Assembly: GCA_001244265.2 (NCBI GenBank)
Contig: CDLV01000012.1
Span: 930,001-994,000, forward strand
Direction: 5' to 3'
Origin: Microbotryum violaceum
Taxonomy: Eukaryota
Length of the DNA: 64,000 nt
The translations under genes were made by a program, and so were the position numbers. Every line of letters starts with the position of its first letter. Within the stretch, counting starts at the first letter, position 1. Shown here piece after piece: positions 39,860 to 51,723 of the stretch. The notes beneath the pieces were generated by a model. That model worked only from the letters and a program-made list of their open reading frames with translations, did no database searches and was not told the DNA's origin.

Positions 39860-42800
39860 TCACACCTGGAAGTCTGCAAAAATTGGCTCGACTCCCTTCC
39901 ACTCGGTCTCTTCTCCCCTTTCCTTGGCCTTGCCGACGCGGGTTCTCTCTTCCCAATACTCGACCATCCCGTCACTTGTCTTGACGGGCTCCCAAAACGA
40001 CTCCCCGGTGTCTTTGTCCTTACTTCGTCGGAACCAACGCGCTGCGTGCGGTGGACATTGACCTTGCTCACGCTTGCGGCGCGTGGCGCGTTGATGGTCC
40101 TCCAGTTCAGATTTGAGATCGTTGGCCCGCTCGAACTTGCCATTCTCGAACGCGTGTTGGTCAGGACGAAGGCGGCAGTCGGTCGGCGGGAGCCACCTGC
40201 GCAATTTGGCGTTGTCGTCGTTGAGTTGCACCGCCCACGGGGTCAGGTTGAACGGTAAGGGCGGGTTCGGCTTCTCGGAGTTCTTCCACAGGCGAATGTA
40301 TTCGGGAGAGACGTCGCCATCCTTGTTTGTCGGCACAGCTGCGTCGGGCGCAAGATCACCTGAGCCGGCGCCTACACGACGAGCTACCAGCTGGCTAGAC
40401 CACTTGCCGGCAAGGTCCCAAAATTCCTTGCCATCCTTGTCCATGACCTTGCCCTTAACTTCAGCCGCGCCCGAGCTGCGCCATCCTCGCGGCTTAAACG
40501 TCAACTTGCACACGTGCCCCGTTCGGTGGTTCGTGATTATCATGTCGCCGAAGTGATCAATAATAGGATTGCCGAGCAAGAAGTTGCTGACCGACGTCGT
40601 AACTTTGGTCCAGCTGTAGTGCTCTTCGACGAGTCCTGGCGTGGTGGATGCCGGGTAGTTCGGCCCCCACGCCGCTGGTATCTTTAGTTTGGCATGAGCA
40701 ATACCAGTTGGGCGGATCTCGAAACTCTTGCCCATAAATTTGCTTTTGGCATCAACTAGGAACGGCAATAATGTCGAAGATCAGTTCAAATGCATGTTCC
40801 GAGGCAGATGACCTCGCGAAAGAGAGACAGAAAGGCGCACCGTCTCCATAATAGTCCCACGTCGCGGACTGGGCGATGCACGCGCTGATTGGGGGATGGT
40901 GCGACACCTGCTCCGAAATGTAGCGGTACTTCTTCGACAGATCCGCAAATTCAAAGGTCTCGCCCAGCATCGGGTTGAACGGTTTTGCAATGCGGCCAAT
41001 CGTGGACGAGTAGTTCGACATCGCAAAGGCCGCGACGAAAGCAATGCGCCTGGTGGCGTCCTCTTGCGCCGCGGCATGATCGAGCACGTCGGAAAACTCG
41101 ACGTCCTCGGCCATGCGCTGCAGCATCGACGTCGGCTCGTTGAAAAAGACGGGGAACGAGATCTTGGTCAGATCCTTGCCAATGGAGCCTTTGAGAATGG
41201 CCCAGAGTGATACGGGCGGCCGATTGTCGGTGGTGATGGGCAGTCGCTGGCGCAAGTTGCGGTAGCCTTCGAAGGGAGCGGTGTCAAACTTCGCACTCAA
41301 CGCCTCGGCCTCAGGTGCTGTGGGAGCAGATTTGTCATCGTCATCGTTGTCGACGGGAATCTGACCCGACTCGATCGCCTCAAAGAACTCGTCAGAATCG
41401 TCGGAGAGTGCCGAGTCGTCCTCGCCCGCTTCGCCAGCGAGCGCCGAATCAACGAGGTCTTCGAGTTCTTGCGGCTTGAGTGTGTGCATGGTGGTTGACC
41501 GGCCACGAGCATTTCGAGGACTACTCATCGCAGCAGCATTTGCCGCCGTCGCCGTCGCCAGACTTTGGGTGTCGACTTGCAGCGCCTTTGAACCCGGATT
41601 CGTGTCGATAGGCGTGCCGGCGATCGGACTCATTGGGGGCGACGACAGCAGGTTCGCCCGAACCTCTTGCAGCGCGCGCTTTCGTCGGGTGCTGTCTCGA
41701 GACGTCTTGTGCAGTTCCGCCTCGATAGCGGCGTGTTGAGCCGCAAGCTCCTTCATGTTTTCCTCCCACATTCGTTTGGCATCGATCTCGCGTTCGTACT
41801 TGCGAACGAAGAAGCGCTCGCGCAGGTTCACGACGTCGATGTACTCGTCCAAAGCAGACTCGAGGGTTCCCAGCGAGCCCACGATTGCCTTTCTGACCTC
41901 GTCGAACACGACGTTTGCGTTCGCAGGATCCGCCTCGGCCACGCGCAAAGTCTCGACGAGCTGTCGGGTCAACTCCACCTGCGTGCGAGTTCCCTGGGCG
42001 AGCAATTCAAAGTCATCGGCGTGCGGAACAGCATCGTTGTCGTCATTGAACGTTTCATCATCGAGAATCGATGCGTCGCGGTCGTGCAAAGCTCGGCCTT
42101 GCGAATCCATGCCGGCGCCGTCCGGGTCTAGAGTCGAAATCCGCGTCTCGAGGCTCCCTCCACCCACCGAAGGAGCGATCGAAGGCGCACGAGAAGGCGT
42201 CTGGCTGACCGTGTTGCTGAGCTCTTTGGCATAGGCAACGTTTTGCTTGAGGGCGTCGACCCAGCGCATGACCTCGACTGGGTGGCTGCCCTTGAGGAAG
42301 AATGATGGGAAACTTTTACCGAGCTTGTTATTGACCTCGAACTTGAGCTTGTCGGACGCCGATGTCACGATCTGCGCCACGCCCATGTTAATCGAGCCTC
42401 GCGAAGCCTTGCCTTCGTCCTCTTGCGAGCGGTAGTACGAGAGCACGCCGTTGGAGAGCACGAACCACCTCGAGCGATATCCCCGAGCCATGTTAGTCCA
42501 TTTGCTGAGGTAGCCCCGCATTGAGGGGGTCTCGCCCGCTAGTAAGGGTGCCCCGCTGGTGGACGACGAGAGGTGCGACGACGAAGCTTTGAGTGCTCGG
42601 CCCTCGGTGATCGCAGCTTGCTTCAGGTAGGACTTGATCCTCTCGTCCCTGGCGACGTCCAAAGGAATTTTGCCTTTGCCGTCACGAGCAAGCACGTCGG
42701 CCCCCTTCGAAATCGCGAGCTTGATGAGACCGAGATCTTTGCGTCTCGTCGCTTCGTGGAGCAAGGTCGTGCCCGTAGCGTGGTCCTTGAGCGAGTAGTC

Positions 42801-43983
42801 GATGCCCGTTGACCGGGGCTGCTGAAGAAAATGGTAAACGGCCTCGGCAGTGGCATTGCTGACATGGCCCGAGGCGGCTGAAACCTCGCCCGTCGCTTCG
42901 GATTTGCCTGGCCGGATCGACGCAAGGGAAGGGGTGTGTCGGTGTCCCGACGACGTCGATGTTTCGCCACCAGCGGAGGCGATGTAGGCGGCAAGCAAGG
43001 CGAGGTATTTTTCTGTGTAGTGCGAACGCGAGACTACACGCGACAGATTTCGACCACGAGCATCCCGGATCAGTCACTGAGATCCAGGCGATTCGAACTC
43101 TCTGTACCGGGGTAGCACCTTCCGCCTAGCCGAGATGACTCACCTGAAATGAGCTTAGCCGTGTCGGCGCTGCTTGCGGATTCGTGAGCCGTCTTGCCCT
43201 GGCAGTCCTTGACAGCATCGTTGATCTTGTCATCGAGCAGCAACAGCGCCACAACGTCCGTCCTGTTCAGAGAAGCGGCAACGTGCAGCGGGGTTTGGCC
43301 GCGTGGATCCTGGGCGTTGAGGCAGCCGGGCACCTGCTTGAGCACCGTTTCGACGACCGGGTCTGCTCAAAGGGCAAACGGGATCAGCAACCGCTTTTTT
43401 TCAAGATTGCTTCATGCAAGTGATGATCGTATGTACATTTTGCGCACCGCACCGCCATGTGCAAGGGCGAGTTGATCTCGACCTCAATTTCCCCTTCTTG
43501 GCGTTGCTTCTTGCGCGCCTCGGCATGCTGAGCGAGCAATGGAGCCAACGCGTCGACGTCACCTGGGAGGGTAGATTGCATTCGAAGGCGGGTCATCGGG
43601 TCAGCTGTCATCGTCAATCAACGGCGTGCGGCAACGAAAACCACCCCGAGAGACTCGGTCGATGGTGCAGCCAAGAAGGAGCCGGCCCGAAGTCGAGCGA
43701 CAATGACCCACCGGCTCGCAAGGCTTGCAGCATTGCGTACGATCTCAGCGATTTTTCAGGTCCGGCTGTATGGGCACGGTGACCACAAGATCAGTCAGTC
43801 GCGGATCAGCTGCCTGGGTGAAAGACGGGCGGAGCACTCACCTTTGGTCGCCAAAACGGTGAGGGTGGTTGCCTCATTGGCGGCATCGGCCTGATCGGGA
43901 ACGGCAGCACTCGACATCGAGGTCGTCAAGGCCATGCAAGACGAACGTCGACTGATGGACGGTCGGGATAGGCGAGATGACAT
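39860..43983 (-). CDS. Oxysterol-binding protein, Osh1/Osh2-like (ankyrin-PH-FFAT-ORD); start uncertain
   Basis: Ankyrin repeats (GQTPLHVAAS, GTTLLHEA), PH (GYLSKWTNMARGYRSRWFVL), FFAT (EFFEAIE), ORD (KDLTKISFPVFFNEPTSMLQR, KPFNPMLGETFE, EQVSHHPP, PPTDCRLRPDQ). Confidence 0.93.
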
Positions 43984-44930
43984 GAACGGCACGGTATCAG
44001 AGCGAGTGATAGGTTTCACGGTGCCGAGGATAGACGAACAGGTCACGGGTGAAGGTCAGCGGCGAGGTGGTGGCTGTACCGGCGGTGTCGGGCGTGGACG
44101 AAGGCGAGCGTGGGCGTAGACCGTGTAGACGATCAGAGCGGGCAAGGGAAGGGTCGATCACAGACTCAGTCAGCGGGGCTCGATCTGAAGCCAACTCGCA
44201 GTCGTCTGTAAAGCGGTTGAAGTGGGCCAAGATCGAGGTCGACTGGCCGTGAGGCAGGGAGACGTCAAGAGGGGCAGCTGCCGCCTTCCGAAGCTGCTCA
44301 ATCCGCGCCCCCGCCTGCCCAAGCCTGTCATTCCAGCCGTGGCCGGTGCGGGTGGGGCTGGTCGCCGTCGCTCCGACTCTATAGACCGAAGAGATACGGG
44401 CCCCGCGCGGCACCGAGCGCGACTCGAGTCGGAGCTTAAAGAAAGCTTCCAAGTAACTGCCGACGTGCAGCGGGCACCAATCCTTGTGAGATAACTCACC
44501 TGTTGAAAAGAGGCCGTAGAAATGACAGCCCAGATATGGGTCGGGTGGTAGGCAGATCTGGAACGGATTTGATGGCGTAAATAACCGACCGCCGACCAAC
44601 CGTGACGGCTCAAATGATTAATTCCCCCGCCGGGCGAACAGCGCTCTTGAGGCAACAGGTACGTCATCACGTGGCGTGATCGACGTCTGAACTCAGCCAA
44701 GTGTTTCGAGCTACGCTCACGCCGAGCTGGATCATTCCATGGTGCTTGTAAAATCCGAGAACGCTTCGCAGTAGTGTCCGTTCCCCCGTATTAACTTCGC
44801 TCGACGGATAACAGCGACACACGGAAATACTGTGACGTCTCCGCAGAAACTTTTCACACTTCTCGGATGCGCACTACCCATATTATCACACCAGGTCGAA
44901 GACGGTACAGAGGATCCCCCCCCCCCTTCC

Positions 44931-45058
44931 TTTTCTTTGCTTGTAGAAACTGTTCATAATATTGCCTTTGTCTCCTGTTCCCTGTTTTGGCCTACGGAGA
45001 AACTAGTTGGAAGTCGACGATAATGCCCGCCAAAGCGTGAGAAACGGGCCGGTGTCCC
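44931..45058 (-). mobile_element. LINE family A, short decayed 3'-end fragment
   Basis: tgtagaaactgttcataatattgcc...ttttggcctacggagaaactag..ggaagtcgacgat matches 51080-51200. Confidence 0.8.
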
Positions 45059-45815
45059 CTATTTTTTGAGACTTCTAATTGTTTTTGTATGAGACTCATC
45101 GCTAGTTTGCAAGACGATCAAACCCCCACGGAACTGAAGTGAATACCACCCACGATGCGCGATAACAACCACAACCGCCTGCATGACGCATTGTAAGTAG
45201 CAGAACAGACCACCCCGTCTGGCCCGCCCGCCACCCAGCGGTTGCTCCGTCCCAGAGAACGAATGAGGGGAAGATCAAAGATGGTACAGGAGACAAATGA
45301 GAGGTGTCGAGGGTGGAGTTGGTTCTAGTTCACTTTGTTGAACAGGTATGCGTCCGAGATGTTGTACAGTGGGAACCTGCTTCGCGCCTTCAACTTGGAG
45401 CCGCCTCCAGAGCCTCCTAACCCCTCGAGGCCCTCAGTTTATTCCTTGCCTTGCCCCAAACAAGGTTTCCGATGGCACGAGTCCGTGGTTCATCCGAATG
45501 AGTCACGTAGTCAAAGTGGGAATGCCACCCCCTTCGACCGCAGCAATCACGTACCCCTTGTGCCCGGGCAACTACACTACGCTAACGCCGCCGAATCCGA
45601 TCCACCTAACCAAAGCCCCGCCGCGACCCGGCAGAATGAAGCAGCCCCCCAGCCTCAGATCGTCCGCGTCTAATGACTGCAACTGGGAAACAAGGCCTCC
45701 ACACAAGGCACACGATCGAGAGATTTCCGCGAAAGGTCACCGGCGAGAGCATGTGACAATCCAGTGGACACGCCTGAGTCGGTCTGCAGCGCTGCGCGCA
45801 GGTGAGTGCCAACCA

Positions 45816-45899
45816 TTTCTTTTTGTTTTACCGGGGCTCAAAACTTGCAATCCTTCGGGTTGGCTGGGACCGTTACAAAAAACGCTAAGAGAGGTTTTA
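45816..45899 (-). mobile_element. LINE family B, short 3'-end fragment
   Basis: T-rich tail + ggggctca..ttgcaatccttcgggttggctgggaccg.tacaaaaa matches 46656-46737. Confidence 0.8.
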
Positions 45900-46043
45900 G
45901 GTAGCTAGGGCTCGGGGGCGCCGTGAGCACACCTCCGTGCGTGACTCAAGGTCGATGCGAGCTCCGCGTGGGGACAAAAAAAATCGGTGCGCGCGCCTGA
46001 GAATTATATGGCAATCTAAAATAGATGTAGAGCAGATGGGCTG

Positions 46044-46612
46044 GTTTGGTTTGGTTTGTTTTGTTTTGTTTTGTTTGTAGATACTGTTCATCATATTGCC
46101 CCCCATTCCTGTTCCCCCTGATTGGCCTACGGAAACACTAGATGGAAGTCGACGATGATAACACAAACCGCCCGCAAGATGCGAGAAACGGGCCAAGTCC
46201 ACCAATCCGATACTTCGGATTCAAGTGCCTCAGCCAAGCGGTTGCTTTCCCCAGGAGACGAATGAGAGAGAGAAGGAGAGAGAGAGAGAGAAAGGAAACC
46301 AACCAGCGTACTAACGACAAGAGGCCCTCCCCGCCGCCACTTCCCAACTCGGTCGAGACAAAGACAGGAGAGCGACTGCGCAGCTACCCTGACCCGCGAA
46401 GTCCCAAGTCTATGCTCGGTCACAACAAGACGCGGCGGAGGCCCCTCAAAACCTCCACCTCAGCAGTCCCTGGCCTCTCAAAGCCGACTTTCTGCCTGTG
46501 TCTGCTGATCCCTCCCTTGACTCAGAACCCCGAAGACAAAGAGCGCGAGCCACCGTCGAGTCAATCCCAAATCGCGAGCCGATCCATGAGCAACGAAAGC
46601 AGCCACCTGTAA
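46044..46612 (-). mobile_element. LINE family A, 5'-truncated copy (~570 bp of 3' UTR), tail decayed to (GTTTT)n
   Basis: Collinear but clearly diverged match to 51069-51615. Confidence 0.88.
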
Positions 46613-46655
46613 TAGATGCCCAATTTGTTGTTTTTTTCATTTTGAATGAAACTCG

Positions 46656-49042
46656 TTTTTTTTTTTGACTGGGGCTCATAAATTGCAATCCTTCGGGTTG
46701 GCTGGGACCGCTACAAAAAGAGCTAAAGAGGGTTATAAAGCAACGACGGCAAGCAGTTGGGTGAAAGTCAAACCCCTGCGCGCAAAGAGCGCTGCGCAGA
46801 TCAAAACCCGCCGAGCACCTAACGCGGACTCCAACGGGCGGTGAGTACTGCTGCCGCTTCACGTCCCAAGAGCGGGAATGAAGTAAAAGTGCACCACCTA
46901 TAGAGATGGCAGCAGTAGGACGATACGCAGCAGTGTCAGAACCGATAGTTGAGGAACAAGTGATTAAAGAAAAGCTAAACAAGGGAGTCCGCATTGCGAA
47001 GGCATAGGCCCACGCGCAAGAATATAATCCACTCAGACACTAAGTTTAATCCACTGCCTTAAAACCAATCGAGCCCTGGGCGCGCGCCGCGCCTCGTTAC
47101 CGATGGCCTACCACCTAGACAACAGGGAGCGAAGATACTCGAAAACCAGGCAAGAGCGCCTAGAGAAAGAAGGGGGAGAATATACAGAAAGTCACGACTG
47201 GGGATACGGAGAACCAGGAATACTAAGACAGAGAGGAGGGGAACACACCCGAGGGGCCAAGGGAGGGGGTCGAAGCCGCAGCCGCAGGTAGAGGTCCCCA
47301 GGGACTAACAGGCCGCAGCCAAGCCCCAGCTACTCGTCACCCCGACAGCGCCTGATGTCCTCCCTTGGCTAAATCTCGAGTGCTGGCTGTTGAGCCGTCG
47401 GGGCCGAGAGAAAAGCGATCCAGTACAACGAAACGAGCCTCGCCTTGACGCGAGGATATTGACCAGAAACGAGCGACCTTCCTTCCCGAGCCATGCCGTA
47501 GATCTTGACCAACGCGAACGAACGAACCATTCAACGGAATCCAACACACGGCTTAGGAGTAAAAGGAGAAGTGGCTGAAGCGTAGTCAACAACCGAGCAA
47601 CAGGAACGAGAAGAGGAAGGGAAGGGAAAAAGGGGGGAAAGGAGAGGGAAAAACTCAGAAAGCCTCCAACGCAAAGACAATCGACCTGGCTTGCCGATCC
47701 ATCCAAGAACAAAAAACCGCTACTGCGCAAAGTAGAGAGAGAGAGGGAGAGGTGCGCAGCCTTCCACTGCGCAACAAGTTCCAAGACAGTCAGCTTCTAA
47801 AAGAGGAGTCGACCTCCGAAAAAGAAGGGAGGAAAGGAGGGGAGGAAAATGGGAAGGAAGGACTTAACTCGGTCATCACACCTCCCAATCTCGAGCCCCA
47901 GGCACAAAACCCGCTCGAGAGAGAAAATCTCGCTCGAACGCTCTGAGTGCACTGGGGAGCGAGGGAGGGGCCACGACCTTGTCCAGCTCGAACCGCTGAT
48001 GAACGCGCCAGCGGAGCAAGTGCAGCCGCTGGAAGCCGATCGCGCAGGCCAGCCGAACCCACATCCATCTCGAGGTCGTTCTCCCACGACCCCGCAAAAG
48101 GGGGAGCCCCATAGTCAGCTGCTCCGGAGTGAACGTCGACGGATCGACGTCGGTATCCTCGATGCCCAGCTTGTCGAACAGAATGCGAAGCACCCAACCC
48201 AGAAGCTGGTCGAGTACGCGCACTCGAAGAAGTAGTGCGACACCGTCTCGATGACCGCTGCATCGTTGCCGCAGAACAGACACGTCGGCGAAGAGGCATG
48301 ACCCTGAGTATGCTGCCTCTTGCGCGTCGGCGTCACGTCGTACATGAGCCGCCAGTGGGTGTCCTGCTCCACAGCAGACGCGAACCGGTCATGAAGCCAT
48401 CTCCAGAAGCGCTTCCTATCGCTCTGAGGAGTCCCATCACGGAAACGCTTGACACGATCCTCCCTTCCTGGGAACCGAACCACGTTCACAAGCCGACGAA
48501 GCTTGCGAACAGTGAACGGTCGGGTGAGCCCAAAGAAGTTGAAGCACCGAGGACGGGGAGCCTCCTTGAGAGGTATCCGAGCAGGTCGCAACGCGGTCTT
48601 GGGCAGCAAGGCTTTCGCCTTGAGCAACTGACCCACGCGCGACCACACGTGCTCGTGCTGTAGGGCGGGTTCCTTAGAGTGCTGCCAGAACCCGCGTCGA
48701 TGACCAACCAGAGCCCAGCCCTTTCCTTCGTCCCTCCAGTACAGGTCCGCGATCTGCGCAAACTTCGCCACTGCGTCCGCATCGTCATATGCGTGCTTGG
48801 CACCTTCAGCATAGAGTGAAGGGAGGCGAGGCGGAAGCGAGAGCAATTCGGGGAGCGTAAGGAGTTCGGACTTGATGGTTGGAACTGTGACCCTGGCAGC
48901 TGCAACGACTGCCCCCCAGCGCGTCGAGTCGCGATACAGCTTCTCGACCCGAGCCGTGCTGCTGAAGAACCCCCACGGACTGAAATCGCGGGTCGCAGCG
49001 ACGAGGGACCTCCAGCTCTCGCGAGCTAGGGGCGCCCAGATC
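46656..49042 (-). mobile_element. LINE family B, 5'-truncated copy 1 (ORF2 C-terminus, ~1.2-kb 3' UTR, polyA)
   Basis: T11 at 46656-46666; WRLMYDVTPTRKRQH..CLFC....ETVSHYFFEC (zf-RVT-type CCHC); stop at 47876. Confidence 0.88.
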
Positions 49043-49318
<276 letters not shown>

Positions 49319-49321
49319 ACA

Positions 49322-51067
49322 CCTGCGCCCAAAGAGCGCTGCGCAGATCAAAACTCGCCGAGCACCTAACGCGGACTCCAACGGGCGGTGAGTACTGCTG
49401 CCGCTTCACGTCCCAAGAGCGGGAGCAAAGATACTCGAAAACCAGGCAAGAGCGCCTAGAGAAAGAAGGGGAGAGTATACAGAAAGTCACGACTGGGGAT
49501 ACGGAGAACCAGGAATACTAAGACAGAGAGGAGGGGAACACACCCGAGGGGCCAAGGTAGGGGGTCGAAGCCGGAGGTAGAGGTCCCCAGGGACTAACAG
49601 GCCGCAGCCAAGCCCCAGCTGCTCGTCACCCCGACAGCGCCTGATGTCCTCCCTTGGCTGAATCTCGAGTGCTGGCTGTTGAGCCGTCGGGGCCGAGATA
49701 AAAGCCATCCAGTACAACGAAACGAGCCTCGCCTTGACGCGAGGATATTGACCAGAAACGAGCGACCTTCCTTCCCGAGCCATGCCGTAGATCTTGACCA
49801 ACGCGAACGAACGAACCATTCAACGGAATCCAACACACGGCTTAGGAGTAAAAGGAGAAGTGGCTGAAGCGTAGTCAACAACCGAGCAACAGGAACGAGA
49901 AGAGGAAGGGAAGGGAAAAAAGGGGGAAAGGAGAGGGAAAAAACTTCACAAAGCCTCCAACGCAAAGACAATCGACCTGGCTTGCCGATCCATCCAAGAA
50001 CAAAAAACCGCTACTGCGCAAAGTAGAGAGAGAGAGGGAGAGGTGCGCAGCCTTCCACTGCGCAACAAGTTCCAAGACAGTCAGCTTCTAAAAGAGGAGT
50101 CGACCTCCGAAAAAGAAGGGAGGAAAGGAGGGGAAGAAAATGGGAAGGAACGACTTAACTCGGTCATCACACCTCCCAATCTCGAGCCCCAGGCACAAAA
50201 CCCGCTCGAGAGAGAAAATCTCGCTCGAACGCTCTGAGTGCACTGGGGAGCGAGGGAGGGGCCACGACCTTGTCCAGCTCGAACCGCTGATGAACGCGCC
50301 AGCGGAGCAAGTGCAGCCGCTGGAAGCCGATCGCGCAGGCCAGCCGAACCCACATCCATCTCGAGGTCGTTCTCCCACGACCCCGCAAAAGGGGAGCCCC
50401 ATAGTCAGCTGCTCCGGAGTGAACGTCGACGGATCGACGTCGGTATCCTCGATGCCCAGCTTGTCGAACAGAATGCGAAGCACCCAACCCCAGAAGCTGG
50501 TCGAGTACGCGCACTCGAAGAAGTAGTGCGACACCGTCTCGATGACCGCTGCATCGTTGCCGCAGAACAGACACGTCGGCGAAGAGGCATGACCCTGAGT
50601 ATGCTGCCTCTTGCGCGTCGGCGTCACGTCGTACATGAGCCGCCAGTGGGTGTCCTGCTCCACAGCAGACGCAAACCGGTCATGAAGCCATCTCCAGAAG
50701 CGCTTCCTATCGCTCTGAGAAGTCCCATCACGGAAACGCTTGACACGATCCTCCCTCCCTGGGAACCGAACCACGTTCACAAGCCGACGAAGCTTGCGAA
50801 TAGTGAACGGTCGGGTGAGCCCAAAGAAGTTGAAGCACCGAGGACGGGGAGCCTCCTTGAGAGGTATCCGAGCAGGTCGCAACGCGGTCTTGGGCAGCAA
50901 GGCTTTCGCCTTGAGCAACTGACCCACGCGCGACCACACGTGCTCGTGCTGTAGGGCGGGTTCCTTAGAGTGCTGCCAGAACCCGCGTCGATGACCAACC
51001 AGAGCCCAGCCCTTCCCTTCGTCCCTCCAGTACAGGTCCGCGATCTGCGCAAACTTCGCCACTGCGT
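49322..51067 (-). mobile_element. LINE family B, copy 2 (truncated at both ends, internal deletion)
   Basis: Near-identical to 46775-48776 but lacks ~46878-47127 (deletion at GGGA microhomology). Confidence 0.9.
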
Positions 51068-51723
51068 GTTTTTTTTTTTTGTAGAAAACGTTCATCATAT
51101 TGCCCCAGTTCCTGTTCCCCCTGTTTTGGCCTACGGAAAAACTAGATGGAAGACTACGATGATAACACAAACCGCCCGCAAAAGTGCGAGAAACGAGCCA
51201 AGTCCACCAATCCGAGATTCGGATTCAAATGCCCTAGCCAAGCGGTTGCTCCCCCCAGGAGACTAATGAGAGAGAGAAAGAGAGATGAAGAGAAAAAAAG
51301 AAAGAAAAGAAATGTACTAACGACAGAAGGCCCACCCCACAGCCACTTCCCACTCGGTCGAGACGAAGACAAGAGCACGACTGCGCAACCACCACGACCC
51401 TCGACGCTCCAAGTCTCTGCTCAGTCACAACAAGACGCGGTGAAGGTCCCTCAAAACATCCCCCATCGGCAGTCCCTGGCCCCTCAAAGCCGACTTTCTG
51501 CCTGTGTCCGCTGATCCCTCCCTTGACTCAGAACCCCGAAGCCGAAGAGCGCGAGCCACACCGAGTCGACGCCAAATCGCGAGATGGTCCATGATCCGCA
51601 ACGGTGAACCTGTAACAAATGAAAGATGAAAGCGATCTATTTAGTGTACAGTAGGAGAAAATGATGTCACGAGAATTTGGTGTGTGTGTGTGGTGGTGGT
51701 GGGGGGAAAGTCGAACCCAGCCT

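Noticed and set aside
45845-45875. HDV-like ribozyme (GGTCCCAGCC on the minus strand matches HDV P2/P3)
   Set aside because: P3', P1 and P1.1 partners are absent, and it lies at the 3' end rather than the 5' end of the LINE
50088-51170. 360-aa ORF as a real gene
   Set aside because: Chimeric read-through from family A 3' UTR/polyA (KKKK) into truncated family B ORF2
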